NCBI GenBank assembly: GCA_049472335.1
Contig: JBLIRO010000039.1
Coordinates: 1-47,963 of the forward strand
DNA length: 47,963 nt
Reading direction: 5' to 3'
From: a bacterium
Lineage (GTDB): Bacteria > SZUA-182 > DTGQ01 > JAFGSM01
Numbering within the stretch: the stretch's first letter is position 1; the number at the start of each line of letters is the position of its first letter. Positions 31,262-41,339 of the stretch are shown here, one piece after another. The notes beneath the pieces are model-generated. The model saw nothing but the letters and a program-made list of their open reading frames with translations, was not told the DNA's origin and did no database searches. The position numbers and the translations under genes were made by a program.

Positions 31262-31531
31262 ATGGCAACAAATTCTGAGGAATGGCTAAATCAGGCTGAT
31301 TATGATATGGAGACTGCCGAATTTATGTTTAAAGGAGGAAGGTATATTTATACTATTTTTATGTGTCATTTATCTATAGAAAAGGCGTTGAACAGATTAA
31401 GTGTGACTACGCGTTATCCAGACAATCTTCAAAAGATGTTAAAAGATTATAGTAAAGAAAAAACAAAGGATTTAATACTAAAGAGTGAAGAGGTATTAAA
31501 ATGGATAAAAAGGGAGTTTACGAAGCTATAA
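31262..31531 (+). pseudogene. HEPN-domain protein with apparent in-frame internal deletion (89 aa)
   Basis: WLNQADYDMETA...FMCHLSIEKAL joined directly to NRLSVTTRYP; GAGGGGGA RBS before ATG 31262. Confidence 0.7.
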
Positions 31532-31824
31532 AATTTTTAAAGCATTGCCTAAAAGAAAGTGGATTAGAAATATCAAAAATTATTTTATTCGGTTCGCAAG
31601 CAGAAGGAAAAGCATCAGCACAAAGTGATATAGATATTGTTATAATTTCAAAAAATTTTTTAAATAAAGATATTTTTGAAAGGTCTATTTTAACAAAAGA
31701 CGCTGAAATCATGACAATTAAAAAGTTTAAGATACCTTTGGACATTATTACAATGACACCAGAAGAATTTGAGAGTGAAACCTCAACTATTGCAGATTAT
31801 GCAAGGGATGGTAAAGTAGTTTAA
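31501..31824 (+). CDS. Minimal nucleotidyltransferase (MNT), partner of HEPN
   Basis: ILFGSQAEGKASAQSDIDIVIIS (GSx10DxD). Confidence 0.88.
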   Translation: MDKKGVYEAIKFLKHCLKESGLEISKIILFGSQAEGKASAQSDIDIVIISKNFLNKDIFERSILTKDAEIMTIKKFKIPLDIITMTPEEFESETSTIADYARDGKVV

Positions 31825-31837
31825 GGATTATAAATAT

Positions 31838-32203
31838 TTATTTAATAGGCAGGTAATGGCAACGGATGCGTTTGTCTCCAACCGACAATATAGCCCCTTT
31901 TTCTAGTATTTCAGAAAAGCGGTCTATAATTATTTGCAGAATTTTGTTTATATTTAATGGGCGCATATCTGTAAGCCGGAATATAATAACTGATGGTTGT
32001 TTGCTTCTGGAAATTGCCAAAAGCTGCCCAAAATCTAAATCATGGGTTAATAGAATACGTTTTTCATCTAATGATTTTTTTAAAATTTGAATATCGCTTA
32101 ATCTTTCCATCCCTATATCGATTAGGTGAACAGCATCGTATCCACGCTGAATCAAGAATTTTCCTGTTTTAGGAGAAATACCCATGTCAAGAAGGAATTT
32201 CAA
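31838..32203 (-). CDS. DUF5615 PIN-like toxin (VapC45-like)
   Basis: MKFLLDMGIS, LSDIQIL, ILLTHDLDFGQL, PSVIIFR. Confidence 0.85.
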   Translation of the reverse strand: MKFLLDMGISPKTGKFLIQRGYDAVHLIDIGMERLSDIQILKKSLDEKRILLTHDLDFGQLLAISRSKQPSVIIFRLTDMRPLNINKILQIIIDRFSEILEKGAILSVGDKRIRCHYLPIK

Positions 32204-32208
32204 CCGGA

Positions 32209-32448
32209 TTATCCCTCTACTAGAAGTTCAATACGATCCTCTGCTAACCATGCAGCATAACGAAGACACTGAGTTATATCTTCTGCCTCAATATAAGGAT
32301 ATGCTTTTATAATATCTTTTACAGTCATACCATTTGCCACGAGATTTAATATCAAAGACACCTGAATCCGCATCCCCCTAATGCAAGGCTTACCGTTCAT
32401 GATATTTGGATTAACTGTAATTCGATCAAAAGATTGTGACATTTTCAT
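32209..32448 (-). CDS. DUF433 antitoxin
   Basis: RITVNPNIMNGKPCIRGMRI...YPYIEAEDITQCLRYAA. Confidence 0.9.
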   Translation of the reverse strand: MKMSQSFDRITVNPNIMNGKPCIRGMRIQVSLILNLVANGMTVKDIIKAYPYIEAEDITQCLRYAAWLAEDRIELLVEG

Positions 32449-32568
32449 TATAATAGCCCCTTTATTTATAGAAGATAAAGATATCTCTTATCATATATAT
32501 TTTACTAGATCAATTGTCAAATCGCCACCGAATATCCTGAATCTTTTTTGTCAAAGATAAATTCAATT

Positions 32569-32626
32569 CCAGGGCTAGTCTGGGGCTAGTATTTTTAGGC
32601 AATTTTAACATGTTAACTTCTTGATT
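32569..32626 (+). promoter_or_regulatory. Putative right arm-type sites plus IHF-like site
   Basis: CCAGGGCTAGT CTGGGGCTAGT at 32569-32590; TAACTTCTTGATT at 32614-32626 matches YAANNNNTTGATW. Confidence 0.6.
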
Positions 32627-32997
32627 AATAGAGAAAATTCCGTTTGTTTCACTCTTATTATATGTTAGATTGATATAATCTTTTTATGATATTTTTTAAC
32701 TCAATTCTTCAATAAATTATAAAACAATTCAATTAGCCGGGTCTGGCCTTTGGCAAGTTTCCTTTTTTTTGCAAAAGCATTTCCTTTCTCAATCACTAGA
32801 TACAATTTTTGTAGCAAATTAGATATTGTCATTATTTCTTGCCCTAAAAAATAGAACGTCCTTTTTTTGGAACTATCTATTGGGGCACTTTTGATTATTT
32901 TCTGCATGTTGACAGATTTCCATTGACAAATAGAGAAAATATGTTATTTTATTTATTGTATAATTGTTTCTCAAAAATAATTACAGGAGTATTATTG

Positions 32998-33795
32998 ATG
33001 AATAAAAATACAATGGCTTCTTTAAGCAAAACAGAGGTTGAAATTATAGCCAGACTCACATATGAGGAAAAAGATATTGTGACCGTAAAAGAGTTGGATT
33101 CTTACCTGCCGTCGAATTTTCCGTATAGAAATCAGTTAGTTTACAGTCTGAAGAAAAAGCGCGTGTTGATTCCTATTAAAAGAGGAGTCTATATATTTGT
33201 ACCGTTAGATGCCATTCCAACAGGACGTCGTATTAGCGAGTTTCTTATTCCGCCTGTTTTTTTCCCTAAAAACGACTACTATATCGGCTATTCAACAATG
33301 TTTAATTACTACAGCTTTACTGATCAACAGTTTCAGATCATTTATGTGCTCAATCCAAGGATTTCAAGAGCTAAAACAATTGCTGGTTTATCTTTTAAGT
33401 TTACAAAGATTTCTCCTGAAAAGATGTATGGACTGGAGAGAATAAGTATAAAAGGCAAAGAGGTTGTTATCAGTTCAAAAGAAAGAACCTTGATAGATCT
33501 TATTTACTATAATAATCCGCTTGGTGGAATTAATGAAGCCGCGGCTATATTAGAAGGATTTGTTAAAGAGAGTAAATGCGATATAGAAAAATTAATTAAA
33601 TTCGCTGTACGATTTCCGGAGATTAAAACACGCAAATGTATTGGGCTTGTACTTGAAAAAACAGGTGTGTCCGAATCTTTATTAAAACCTCTTGAAAAAA
33701 GTGTCAAAAGAACGTCCTTGATTTCATTTTCAGACAACCGGAAAGGAAAAATAAATAAAAAATGGAGAGCAATTATCAATGATACACAACGATAA
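32998..33795 (+). CDS. AbiEi-family type IV antitoxin/transcriptional regulator
   Basis: wHTH-like N-terminus with IKRGVY, YYIGYSTMFNYY, SSKERTLIDLI; AGGAG RBS before ATG 32998; overlaps the AbiEii remnant. Confidence 0.8.
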   Translation: MNKNTMASLSKTEVEIIARLTYEEKDIVTVKELDSYLPSNFPYRNQLVYSLKKKRVLIPIKRGVYIFVPLDAIPTGRRISEFLIPPVFFPKNDYYIGYSTMFNYYSFTDQQFQIIYVLNPRISRAKTIAGLSFKFTKISPEKMYGLERISIKGKEVVISSKERTLIDLIYYNNPLGGINEAAAILEGFVKESKCDIEKLIKFAVRFPEIKTRKCIGLVLEKTGVSESLLKPLEKSVKRTSLISFSDNRKGKINKKWRAIINDTQR

Positions 33796-34050
33796 AGATA
33801 AATTCTCGAAACTTGTAGAGCGTATCGCTTCGCAAACAGGTTTTTACGCGCCGCTCATGGAGAAAGACTATTATATGACGATTCTTCTAAATATAAATTT
33901 AATCTTGGTCGGTCGGATGATGAAATAAAAAATATGAGATCGCGCATTAAGGATGAACTGTTTGGGGTATTGACACTGGATGAGCGGAAAAATTTCAATC
34001 TTGATAAGGCGCTTGATCGGATTAATAAAGCAATGGAAAAAATAAGGTAA
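33779..34050 (+). pseudogene. AbiEii/AbiGii nucleotidyltransferase toxin, internally deleted
   Basis: N-terminus MIHNDKDKF...LMEKDYYMTILL joined out of frame (near 33888) to a C-terminal tail ...IKDELFGVL...FNLDKALDRINKAMEKIR*; no KGGT core. Confidence 0.75.
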
Positions 34051-34366
34051 TGAAAAAATTTGGGATCAGATGATCCCATACCTTCTAAGGATATATAAAG
34101 TTTAAGATTGCATAGTAACAGGCAATTGATTATTTTCCGGACTCGGCTTAAAATGTATTTGTACAATTATTTTAATATCGAATGAGCACTTTGAAATGTT
34201 TTCTGCATTTGCTCTCTTGATCAAAATCTAGTGTAATGAAGATTTAAGGGAAGGTATTGTAAACTGAGATAATTGGTTTATAATACAATTATAATACCAA
34301 AGAGACTATTATTTTGATAAAATATTTTATCTGATTTTTTAACTATACAGGAAAGATTTTAATAAA

Positions 34367-37087
34367 ATGATACAAACAATACTGACAAAGGTTATAGGAA
34401 GTAAAAACGAAAGGGAGATCAAAAGGCTCTGGGTTTATGTGGATAGAATAAATGCCCTGGAGCCTGAAATGGAAAAAATGAGCGACGAAGCCCTTCGTGC
34501 CAAGACAGATCAATTCCGTGAGTATTATCAAAAACATATGGAAATTTTTAAGTCCGGGGAAGGATTCACGGAGGAATATATAAAAAGCCTGAACAAGCTC
34601 GATCTGGATGATAAGATAGAATTGGAGAAGATCGAGGAACAGATCCTCAAGGAGGAGAAGGCCATACTCGATGATTTGCTGCCCGAGGCCTTTGCTGTTG
34701 TCAGAGAGGCGGCAAAACGCACCCTTAAGATGCGTCATTTTGATGTACAGCTCATGGGCGGGGTAGTTCTCCATGAGGGGAATATAGCAGAGATGACAAC
34801 TGGTGAAGGTAAGACCCTTGTGGCCACACTGCCAGTTTATCTCAATGCCATTACCGGAAAAGGGGTCCATGTGGTGACTGTTAACGATTATCTGGCAAAG
34901 AGAGACAGTGAATGGATGGGCAAGGTTTATAAATTTCTTGGCCTCTCGGTAGGTCTTATCCAGCACGATATGGATGATGAAGAGAGAAAAAAGGCATATC
35001 AATCGGATGTTACATACGGTACCAATAACGAGTTCGGCTTTGACTACTTAAGGGATAATATGAAATTCGACCTTAAGGATTATGTGCAGAAGGAACACAA
35101 TTATGCAATTGTGGACGAGGTGGACAGCATACTAATCGATGAGGCGAGAACCCCCCTTATCATCTCCGGTCCTTCTGAAGATGCGGAGACGGATGATTAT
35201 TACAGGGTAGACCGGATTATTCCCAGACTAAAAGAGGGGAGACTTATCCAGGGGGATGAGGATAAGGAAGAAGACGGGGATTATCAGAAGGATGAGGAGA
35301 AAAAGGCTGCCTTCCTCACAGAGCAGGGTAGGGCGAAGGTGGAGAGATATCTGGGCATAAAAGACCTCTATGAGTCTGAACATGGTGCCGAAGGTATGGA
35401 ATTTGCCAAACATCTTCCTATTATCCATAAGGTTAACCAGGCCCTTAAGGCATATTGTTTTTTTAACCGGGATGTTGATTATGTTGTAAAGGAAGGAGAG
35501 GTGATCATTGTCGATGAATTCACCGGACGGCTGATGCCCGGAAGGCGATATAGCGACGGTCTTCATCAGGCGCTGGAGGCAAAAGAGAGGGTCAAGATCG
35601 CTAAAGAGAACCAGACCCTGGCATCTATCACCTTTCAGAACTATTTCAGACTTTATAAAAAACTGGCAGGGATGACCGGTACCGCTGATACGGAAGCTGT
35701 GGAATTCAGAAAGATTTACGATCTTGATGTCGTCGTTATCCCTACCAATAAACCCCTTATCCGGACCAACTATTCTGATATGATTTACAGGACCGAAGAT
35801 GAAAAGTTTAAGGCCGTCGTGGCAGAGATCGAGGAACTATTCGATGATGGCCGGCCGGTCCTGGTTGGAACCATTGCCATCGAAAAATCGGAAAAGCTCC
35901 ATGAGATGCTTAAAAAGAAGGGGATACCACATCATGTCCTTAACGCCAAGCATCATGAAAAGGAAGCGGAGATTGTGGCCCAGGCAGGGCAGGAGAAGTC
36001 TGTTACCATCTCCACTAATATGGCTGGACGTGGTACGGACATCGTTTTGGGATCCGGGATACCAGATAAGGGCGGGCTCCATATAATCGGTACAGAGCGT
36101 CATGAGAGCCGGAGGATAGATAATCAGTTGCGAGGACGGTCGGGCCGGCAGGGGGACCCCGGGTCTTCACGTTTTTATCTTTCCCTGCAGGATGACCTGC
36201 TCAGGATCTTTGGCTCCGAGATGATCTCCAGGATCATGTCCGGTCTCGGTATAGATGACGGTCAGCCCATAGAACATAAGATGATAACAAAGGCCATTGA
36301 GAGGGCTCAGGCGAGGGTTGAGGGGATACACTTCGAGGCCAGGAAGCACATCCTGGAATACGATGATGTCATGAACAAGCAGAGAGAAGTGATATATGAG
36401 CAGAGACGTATGGTTTTGGAGAGCGATTCGGTTAAGACCGTTTTTTATGACATGATCGAAGAGGTGCTGGATGATCTGGTCATTGAGTTCACAAGTTCCA
36501 GGACCTACGCAGAGGATTGGGACCTGAAAGGATTAAATGCCGAGCTTTTCAAAAGGTTTGGCATTTCCTACGATTTAGACCCTTCCAGACTGGAGGATAT
36601 AAAACAGGATGAATTCAAAGAGGACCTCCATCAGGCAATCATCCATCAATATGAGAGCAGGGAGAAAAATATAGGCAGTGCTACCATGCGCCATCTTGAA
36701 AAAATGATCATGCTTTCTACCATCGACACCCTTTGGAAGGATCATCTCTATGCCATGGATCATCTAAAAGAAGGCATTGGTATGAGGGGATACGGACAAA
36801 AAGATCCCCTTATAGAATACAAAAAAGAAGGCTTTGACATGTTTAATGAGATGATCTGGATGATAAAGCTCCAGACTGTCTCTCATCTGTTTATGATCCA
36901 ATCTGTCAGGGAAGAAGAGGAAAAGGAAAGACAAAGGCGCATGAAGGTCCAACAGCAATTAGAGGCGGCTAAGAAGGCAGGGGGTGTAGTGGTGCCTCAA
37001 CAGAGAAAGAAGGAGAAAAAGGTAGGCCGCAATGAGCCATGCCCTTGCGGAAGTGGAAAGAAGTATAAAAAATGTTGCGGTAGATAA
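34367..37087 (+). CDS. secA: Preprotein translocase ATPase SecA
   Basis: [66 protein letters not shown]. Confidence 0.98.
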   Translation: MIQTILTKVIGSKNEREIKRLWVYVDRINALEPEMEKMSDEALRAKTDQFREYYQKHMEIFKSGEGFTEEYIKSLNKLDLDDKIELEKIEEQILKEEKAILDDLLPEAFAVVREAAKRTLKMRHFDVQLMGGVVLHEGNIAEMTTGEGKTLVATLPVYLNAITGKGVHVVTVNDYLAKRDSEWMGKVYKFLGLSVGLIQHDMDDEERKKAYQSDVTYGTNNEFGFDYLRDNMKFDLKDYVQKEHNYAIVDEVDSILIDEARTPLIISGPSEDAETDDYYRVDRIIPRLKEGRLIQGDEDKEEDGDYQKDEEKKAAFLTEQGRAKVERYLGIKDLYESEHGAEGMEFAKHLPIIHKVNQALKAYCFFNRDVDYVVKEGEVIIVDEFTGRLMPGRRYSDGLHQALEAKERVKIAKENQTLASITFQNYFRLYKKLAGMTGTADTEAVEFRKIYDLDVVVIPTNKPLIRTNYSDMIYRTEDEKFKAVVAEIEELFDDGRPVLVGTIAIEKSEKLHEMLKKKGIPHHVLNAKHHEKEAEIVAQAGQEKSVTISTNMAGRGTDIVLGSGIPDKGGLHIIGTERHESRRIDNQLRGRSGRQGDPGSSRFYLSLQDDLLRIFGSEMISRIMSGLGIDDGQPIEHKMITKAIERAQARVEGIHFEARKHILEYDDVMNKQREVIYEQRRMVLESDSVKTVFYDMIEEVLDDLVIEFTSSRTYAEDWDLKGLNAELFKRFGISYDLDPSRLEDIKQDEFKEDLHQAIIHQYESREKNIGSATMRHLEKMIMLSTIDTLWKDHLYAMDHLKEGIGMRGYGQKDPLIEYKKEGFDMFNEMIWMIKLQTVSHLFMIQSVREEEEKERQRRMKVQQQLEAAKKAGGVVVPQQRKKEKKVGRNEPCPCGSGKKYKKCCGR

Positions 37088-37121
37088 GGGTATATAAGGA
37101 TTGACAAGGGGGACAGATTAA

Positions 37122-38057
37122 ATGAAAGAAGAGGAAAAAGGGATCGAGAAGAAGGATCGCAAAGTGAAGGTGGCCGGCATACAAATGGTTTGTCATCAAG
37201 AGCCTGAAAGAAATCTGGAAAAGACATTGAAGCTTATTGACTTGGCATCTGAACAAGGTGCCGCAATTATCTGTCTTCAGGAATTTTTTCATACTCCCTG
37301 GTTCCCTGCCAAAGCGGATGAAAAGAATTTTGGTTTATCCGAAACTGTTTCGGGTAATATGATCAGTGTTTTAAGAGATAAGGCAAAGGAAAAGAAGGTT
37401 GTAATCATTTCACCGATCTTTGAAAAGGCCATGGATGGGCTTTATTACAACACAACGGTTGTCATAAACAAAGGCGGAAAGATCCTTGGAATGTATCGTA
37501 AGAATCACATCCCGAATATTGCCTATTGGGAAGAGGGGTACTATTGCAGCAGGGGTGATCTTGGCTTCCCTGTTTTTCATACGGATTCTGCTGTCATAGG
37601 TATTCAGATGTGCTGGGATAATTTTTTCCCTGAAGGTACAAGGATACTGGCTCTTAAGGGAGCACAGATCATCTTCTGCCCCACCGCCTGCGCCTTTGCC
37701 TCTCAGAGCAAATGGGAAAAGGTGATCTCTGCAAATGCCATGAATAACGGGCTGTTTTGTTTTCGTGTAAACCGTGTCGGAAAGGAAAACGGCCTGGATT
37801 TTTACGGACAAAGTTTTTGTGTGGACCCTGAGGGAGAGTTTGTGGCAGGGCCCAGTGGCCTCACTGACGCTGTGGTTCTTGCACAGTTGGACCTTGGAAA
37901 GATAGAAGAAACCCGTCAAACATGGAATTTTTTCAAAGAGCGCAGACCGGAAATCTATGGGGAGGTTATCGGTAAAAATTGGCTTGAGGCCCTGAATAAT
38001 ATGATGCCTCTCAAAAAAGCCAGGATTAAGGGGGAAGGTCATGGCGCGCGTTGTTAG
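37122..38057 (+). CDS. Carbon-nitrogen hydrolase (N-carbamoylputrescine amidase/beta-ureidopropionase-like)
   Basis: Glu-Lys-Cys triad in CLQEFF, YRKNHIP, QMCWDNFFPE. Confidence 0.88.
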   Translation: MKEEEKGIEKKDRKVKVAGIQMVCHQEPERNLEKTLKLIDLASEQGAAIICLQEFFHTPWFPAKADEKNFGLSETVSGNMISVLRDKAKEKKVVIISPIFEKAMDGLYYNTTVVINKGGKILGMYRKNHIPNIAYWEEGYYCSRGDLGFPVFHTDSAVIGIQMCWDNFFPEGTRILALKGAQIIFCPTACAFASQSKWEKVISANAMNNGLFCFRVNRVGKENGLDFYGQSFCVDPEGEFVAGPSGLTDAVVLAQLDLGKIEETRQTWNFFKERRPEIYGEVIGKNWLEALNNMMPLKKARIKGEGHGARC

Positions 38058-38952
38058 GAAAGTAAGAACTTTTTCAATCATTTGTGTTTTTTTCACGTAT
38101 ATATGTATATTTATATGTTTCATAGGGGCAAATCCCGCTATCGCGCAATTCCCATTCAATCCATTATATGGGAGTCTCTTTGGCGGAAATCAGGGAATGC
38201 CGATTTCCAGCCCCCTGATTACTTCCAACTACCAATCGGGGCAGGCATGGAATCCTTTCGGATCGAACCTTGGTCCTAGCTTCGGTGTTCTTCCCGTTGG
38301 TTATTATTCCGGCTCAACCCAAACCAAAGAGATGGCTAAAGGTGAGCTTATAGTTTATTTAAGTGATCAGGTTCAGATAGAACAACACGCAAACGGCCCA
38401 AGGACAAATATGCCGGAGCTCAATGCCCTTTTGGATCAATATGGGGTTTATGATATAGAGGCCTCAAACTCGGGTGGGTTTTATGTGTTGAAGTTCTCTG
38501 AAGGACACGATGTGAATGACGTGCGTAAGGCCTTCGAGGGTGTTATGGATTATGTGGAATCCGCTGAACTCAACTATATACGCAAGGCCCATTCCGGCAC
38601 TTCCGGTTTCAATACAATGATGGGGGGCATGATGGGGGGAAGCATGTTGGGGGGATGGTCTCCGCAGATCTCTTCCTTTCCCGGGCAATCTTTTCCTGGA
38701 CAGGGTTTTCCCTATACCGGGACCGGCCTTAACTTCGGACCCTGGACACAAGCAACTCAGCCCTTTTCCTCAGGTTACCAATTTCCCCAGTTCAATGTTA
38801 GTCCGGGCTTTACCTATAGTTCTTCATGGCAAAACCAGGGGCTTTCATTTATGCAGCCAACGATCAATCAATGGCAGCAAACATCCTGGGGCATTCAACG
38901 ACCTTATATTAATTTAAATTCTTTTCCTCCTCCTATTGGCAGTTGGTTATGA
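38041..38952 (+). CDS. Secreted protein with a subtilase-prodomain-like domain between G/F/P/Q/S-rich low-complexity arms
   Basis: Signal-like N-terminus ending PAIA; KGELIVYL...LNALLDQYGV...FYVLKF...VESAELNYIRKA. Confidence 0.6.
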   Translation: MARVVRKVRTFSIICVFFTYICIFICFIGANPAIAQFPFNPLYGSLFGGNQGMPISSPLITSNYQSGQAWNPFGSNLGPSFGVLPVGYYSGSTQTKEMAKGELIVYLSDQVQIEQHANGPRTNMPELNALLDQYGVYDIEASNSGGFYVLKFSEGHDVNDVRKAFEGVMDYVESAELNYIRKAHSGTSGFNTMMGGMMGGSMLGGWSPQISSFPGQSFPGQGFPYTGTGLNFGPWTQATQPFSSGYQFPQFNVSPGFTYSSSWQNQGLSFMQPTINQWQQTSWGIQRPYINLNSFPPPIGSWL

Positions 38953-39021
38953 TACAGATGTATTAATTATTATAGTTATCAAATAAACTCAGAGATATTA
39001 AATTAGATTAAAAGGAACGGA

Positions 39022-39825
39022 TTGAACGATCGTATCATTACCCTGACTACGGATTTTGGTATCAAAGGCCCTTTTGTGGGAAGCATGAAAGGCGTAATCC
39101 TGGAGATCAATTCTGATGCCTGTATAATTGATATCTCTCATGAAATAAATCCCTTTGATCTTTTGGACGCCGCATTTTTAGTGAGCTGTGCTTATGGTTA
39201 TTTCCCTTCAGGAACAGTCCATTGTATAGTAGTAGATCCGGGTGTAGGAAGTGAGAGAAGGCCTATCGTAGCTGTAACAGAGAAGTATTTTTTTGTGGCG
39301 CCCGATAACGGGGTCCTTTCTTATATCTTCGAGAAAGAACAAATCACGGAGGTAATTCATTTAACGGAGTCCCAATATTTTCTGAATAAAATAAGTCAGA
39401 CTTTTCATGGAAGGGACATCTTTGCCCCTGTTTCCGCCTGGCTTACAAAAGGGATAGATCCCGGGAGCATGGGACCGGTAATTAAGGATTACGTCCATCT
39501 TGATCTGCCGAAAGCTAAAGCCTCGGAGGACAACAAAAGAATCTCCGGAGAAGTGATCCATATAGATATATTTGGCAATCTTTTAACCAATATCCCGCAT
39601 TCGCTTTTTGAGAAGGGTTTAGAAGGGGGAGAATCGAGGTTTAAGGTGCTGGTGGGGAGTATTTCTATAGAACGTCTTTGTAATGCCTATGCAGACTTAC
39701 AAAAAAAAGGTACGGGAGTGATTATGGGCAGTCAGGGCTATTTGGAGCTGTTTGCAGCTCAGGATTCTTTGGCTAAGGAATGGGGAATCAGGAAGGGAGA
39801 CCGAGTTGAGGTGATATTTGAATAA
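39022..39825 (+). CDS. DUF62 SAM hydroxide adenosyltransferase (SAM hydrolase/halogenase superfamily)
   Basis: ITLTTDFG, VVDPGVGSERR, APDNGVL, TFHGRDIFAP, IDIFGNL. Confidence 0.92.
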   Translation: MNDRIITLTTDFGIKGPFVGSMKGVILEINSDACIIDISHEINPFDLLDAAFLVSCAYGYFPSGTVHCIVVDPGVGSERRPIVAVTEKYFFVAPDNGVLSYIFEKEQITEVIHLTESQYFLNKISQTFHGRDIFAPVSAWLTKGIDPGSMGPVIKDYVHLDLPKAKASEDNKRISGEVIHIDIFGNLLTNIPHSLFEKGLEGGESRFKVLVGSISIERLCNAYADLQKKGTGVIMGSQGYLELFAAQDSLAKEWGIRKGDRVEVIFE

Positions 39826-39843
39826 TGGAGGGGAGGTTAAATC

Positions 39844-41187
39844 ATGGATAACGGATTGATAGCTAATGCCAGAGGTGTTCTGGACATGTGCCTTAAAAAA
39901 GGGCAGTCTGCGGGCGAGGTATATTTAATAGAGTCAAAAAAAATCCATCTTGAAGTAGAAAAAAGCGAAATAGATGTAATTAAAAATTCGGTGGACAGGC
40001 TCATGGCCGTTCGCACCTTAAGTGGCCATTCCCTCGGATTTGCTTATTGCACGGATTTTTCTAAATCCTCCCTGGATCTGCTTATCGAGCAGGTGATCAA
40101 CTCGGCCTTAAATACAGATGAGGATGCTCATTATCTTTTCCCTCCTCCGGAACATAGCAATATTTCATCAAGGATAGATGATAAACTTTTAACCACTGAC
40201 ATTAAAGAAAAATTCAGAAAGTGCCAGGAAATGGAGAAGATAGCATATAAGACAGATCCCAGGGTGAGAGCCGCAAGGCAGATCTCTTATTCTGAGACAA
40301 TTTCAGATGTATATCTTATTAATTCCAATGGTCTCGAGGTTTCCTATTCCAAATCCGCGTGCTCTTCATTCGCAATGGTAGTTGCCCGGGAAGGTGAAGA
40401 CGCCCAGATGGCTTGGGATATGGACATCCAGACAGAATATGACCGCCTGAAATGGACCGAAGTGAGTCAGGAGGCGGCCAGGAAGGCAGTGGCCCTTCTG
40501 GGAGCAAAACCTATCAGCACCCGGAAGGCGCCTGTCATCTTTTCTCCGGCAGTGAGCGTGAGTATTATCGGGGCCTTTGCCCCTGCCTTTTTAGCGGATG
40601 CCGTTCAAAAGGGCCGATCTCTGATGGCAGGTCGTATGGGTAAGACTATAGCATCACCGCTGGTAACCCTGTTGGATAACGGGATACTTTCAGATGGATT
40701 GGCAACAGCTCCTTATGATGGCGAAGGAGTGCCAATGCAAAAGACTATTGTCATAGAAAACGGAAAACTGAGTGCTTTTCTTTATGACAGCTACACAGCC
40801 CATAAAGACGGAGTGACCTCAACCGGAAACGGAGTCAGGTCAGGACCTAAGTCACCGCCGCAAGTAGGGGCAACAAATATGTATATAGAAAACGGCAGTT
40901 GTTCAGAGGATCAATTGCTCATAGATATCCAGGAAGGCCTCTATGTATGTGAAATTATGGGCGCGCATACCATAAACCCCATATCCGGTGATTACTCCCT
41001 CGGAGCGACGGGCCACTGGGTTCAAAAAGGTAAAAAGGCTTATCCTGTAAGAGGTGTGACTATCTCTGGCAACATGATCGATCTTTTAAAGAACATATCC
41101 GGATGCGCAAATAACCTTCGATTTTATGGACATTATGGTTCTCCCACGGTTGCGGTCTCAGAGATGGTCATTGCCGGAGAAGATTGA
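39844..41187 (+). CDS. pmbA: TldD/PmbA family protein, PmbA (TldE) type
   Basis: PYDGEGVP, NPISGDYSLGATG, PVRGVTISGN; no HExxxH. Confidence 0.88.
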   Translation: MDNGLIANARGVLDMCLKKGQSAGEVYLIESKKIHLEVEKSEIDVIKNSVDRLMAVRTLSGHSLGFAYCTDFSKSSLDLLIEQVINSALNTDEDAHYLFPPPEHSNISSRIDDKLLTTDIKEKFRKCQEMEKIAYKTDPRVRAARQISYSETISDVYLINSNGLEVSYSKSACSSFAMVVAREGEDAQMAWDMDIQTEYDRLKWTEVSQEAARKAVALLGAKPISTRKAPVIFSPAVSVSIIGAFAPAFLADAVQKGRSLMAGRMGKTIASPLVTLLDNGILSDGLATAPYDGEGVPMQKTIVIENGKLSAFLYDSYTAHKDGVTSTGNGVRSGPKSPPQVGATNMYIENGSCSEDQLLIDIQEGLYVCEIMGAHTINPISGDYSLGATGHWVQKGKKAYPVRGVTISGNMIDLLKNISGCANNLRFYGHYGSPTVAVSEMVIAGED

Positions 41188-41281
41188 TTTTTATTGGCCT
41201 GATACCTTATAATGTCGGTTTAATTATTTGATATCCTGCATATTTAATACATTAAATAACTCTTCAATTAACTCCTTGAGC

Positions 41282-41324
41282 TTGAATTATTGAAACATTT
41301 AAGTTATACTTTTTAGTGTAACTT
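41282..41324 (+). promoter_or_regulatory. TA promoter with overlapping inverted-repeat operator
   Basis: TTGAAT-17 bp-TATACT; AAGTTATAC-6 bp-GTGTAACTT at 41301-41324 (8/9 match). Confidence 0.6.
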
Positions 41325-41339
41325 TGAGAGGAGGAACCT

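Larger units (their letters stand above)
29905..32678. mobile_element. Decayed tyrosine-integrase integrative element (2.77 kb) in the 3' end of the M23 gene
   Basis: 25-bp perfect direct repeat CTTATTATATGTTAGATTGATATAA at 29905-29929 and 32654-32678; integrase C-terminal remnant next to the left copy; GGGCTAGT-like repeats inside both ends. Confidence 0.85.

Noticed and set aside
34367..37087. SecA with an acidic N-terminal insertion and a short variable region
   Set aside because: Within the normal lineage variation of SecA; all core motifs and the Zn-binding tail are present
37410..38159. 249-aa minus-strand ORF (and the 219-aa ORF at 34343-35002)
   Set aside because: Antisense shadows of well-supported + strand genes, with no recognisable motifs
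39022..39825. Fluorinase/chlorinase
   Set aside because: Has the Asp/Arg/His residues (DPGVG..RR, TFHGRD) of DUF62 SAM hydrolases and no halometabolite genes nearby
39844..41187. pmbA without adjacent tldD as a sign of a RiPP system
   Set aside because: The two genes are often unlinked, and no precursor or modification genes are visible
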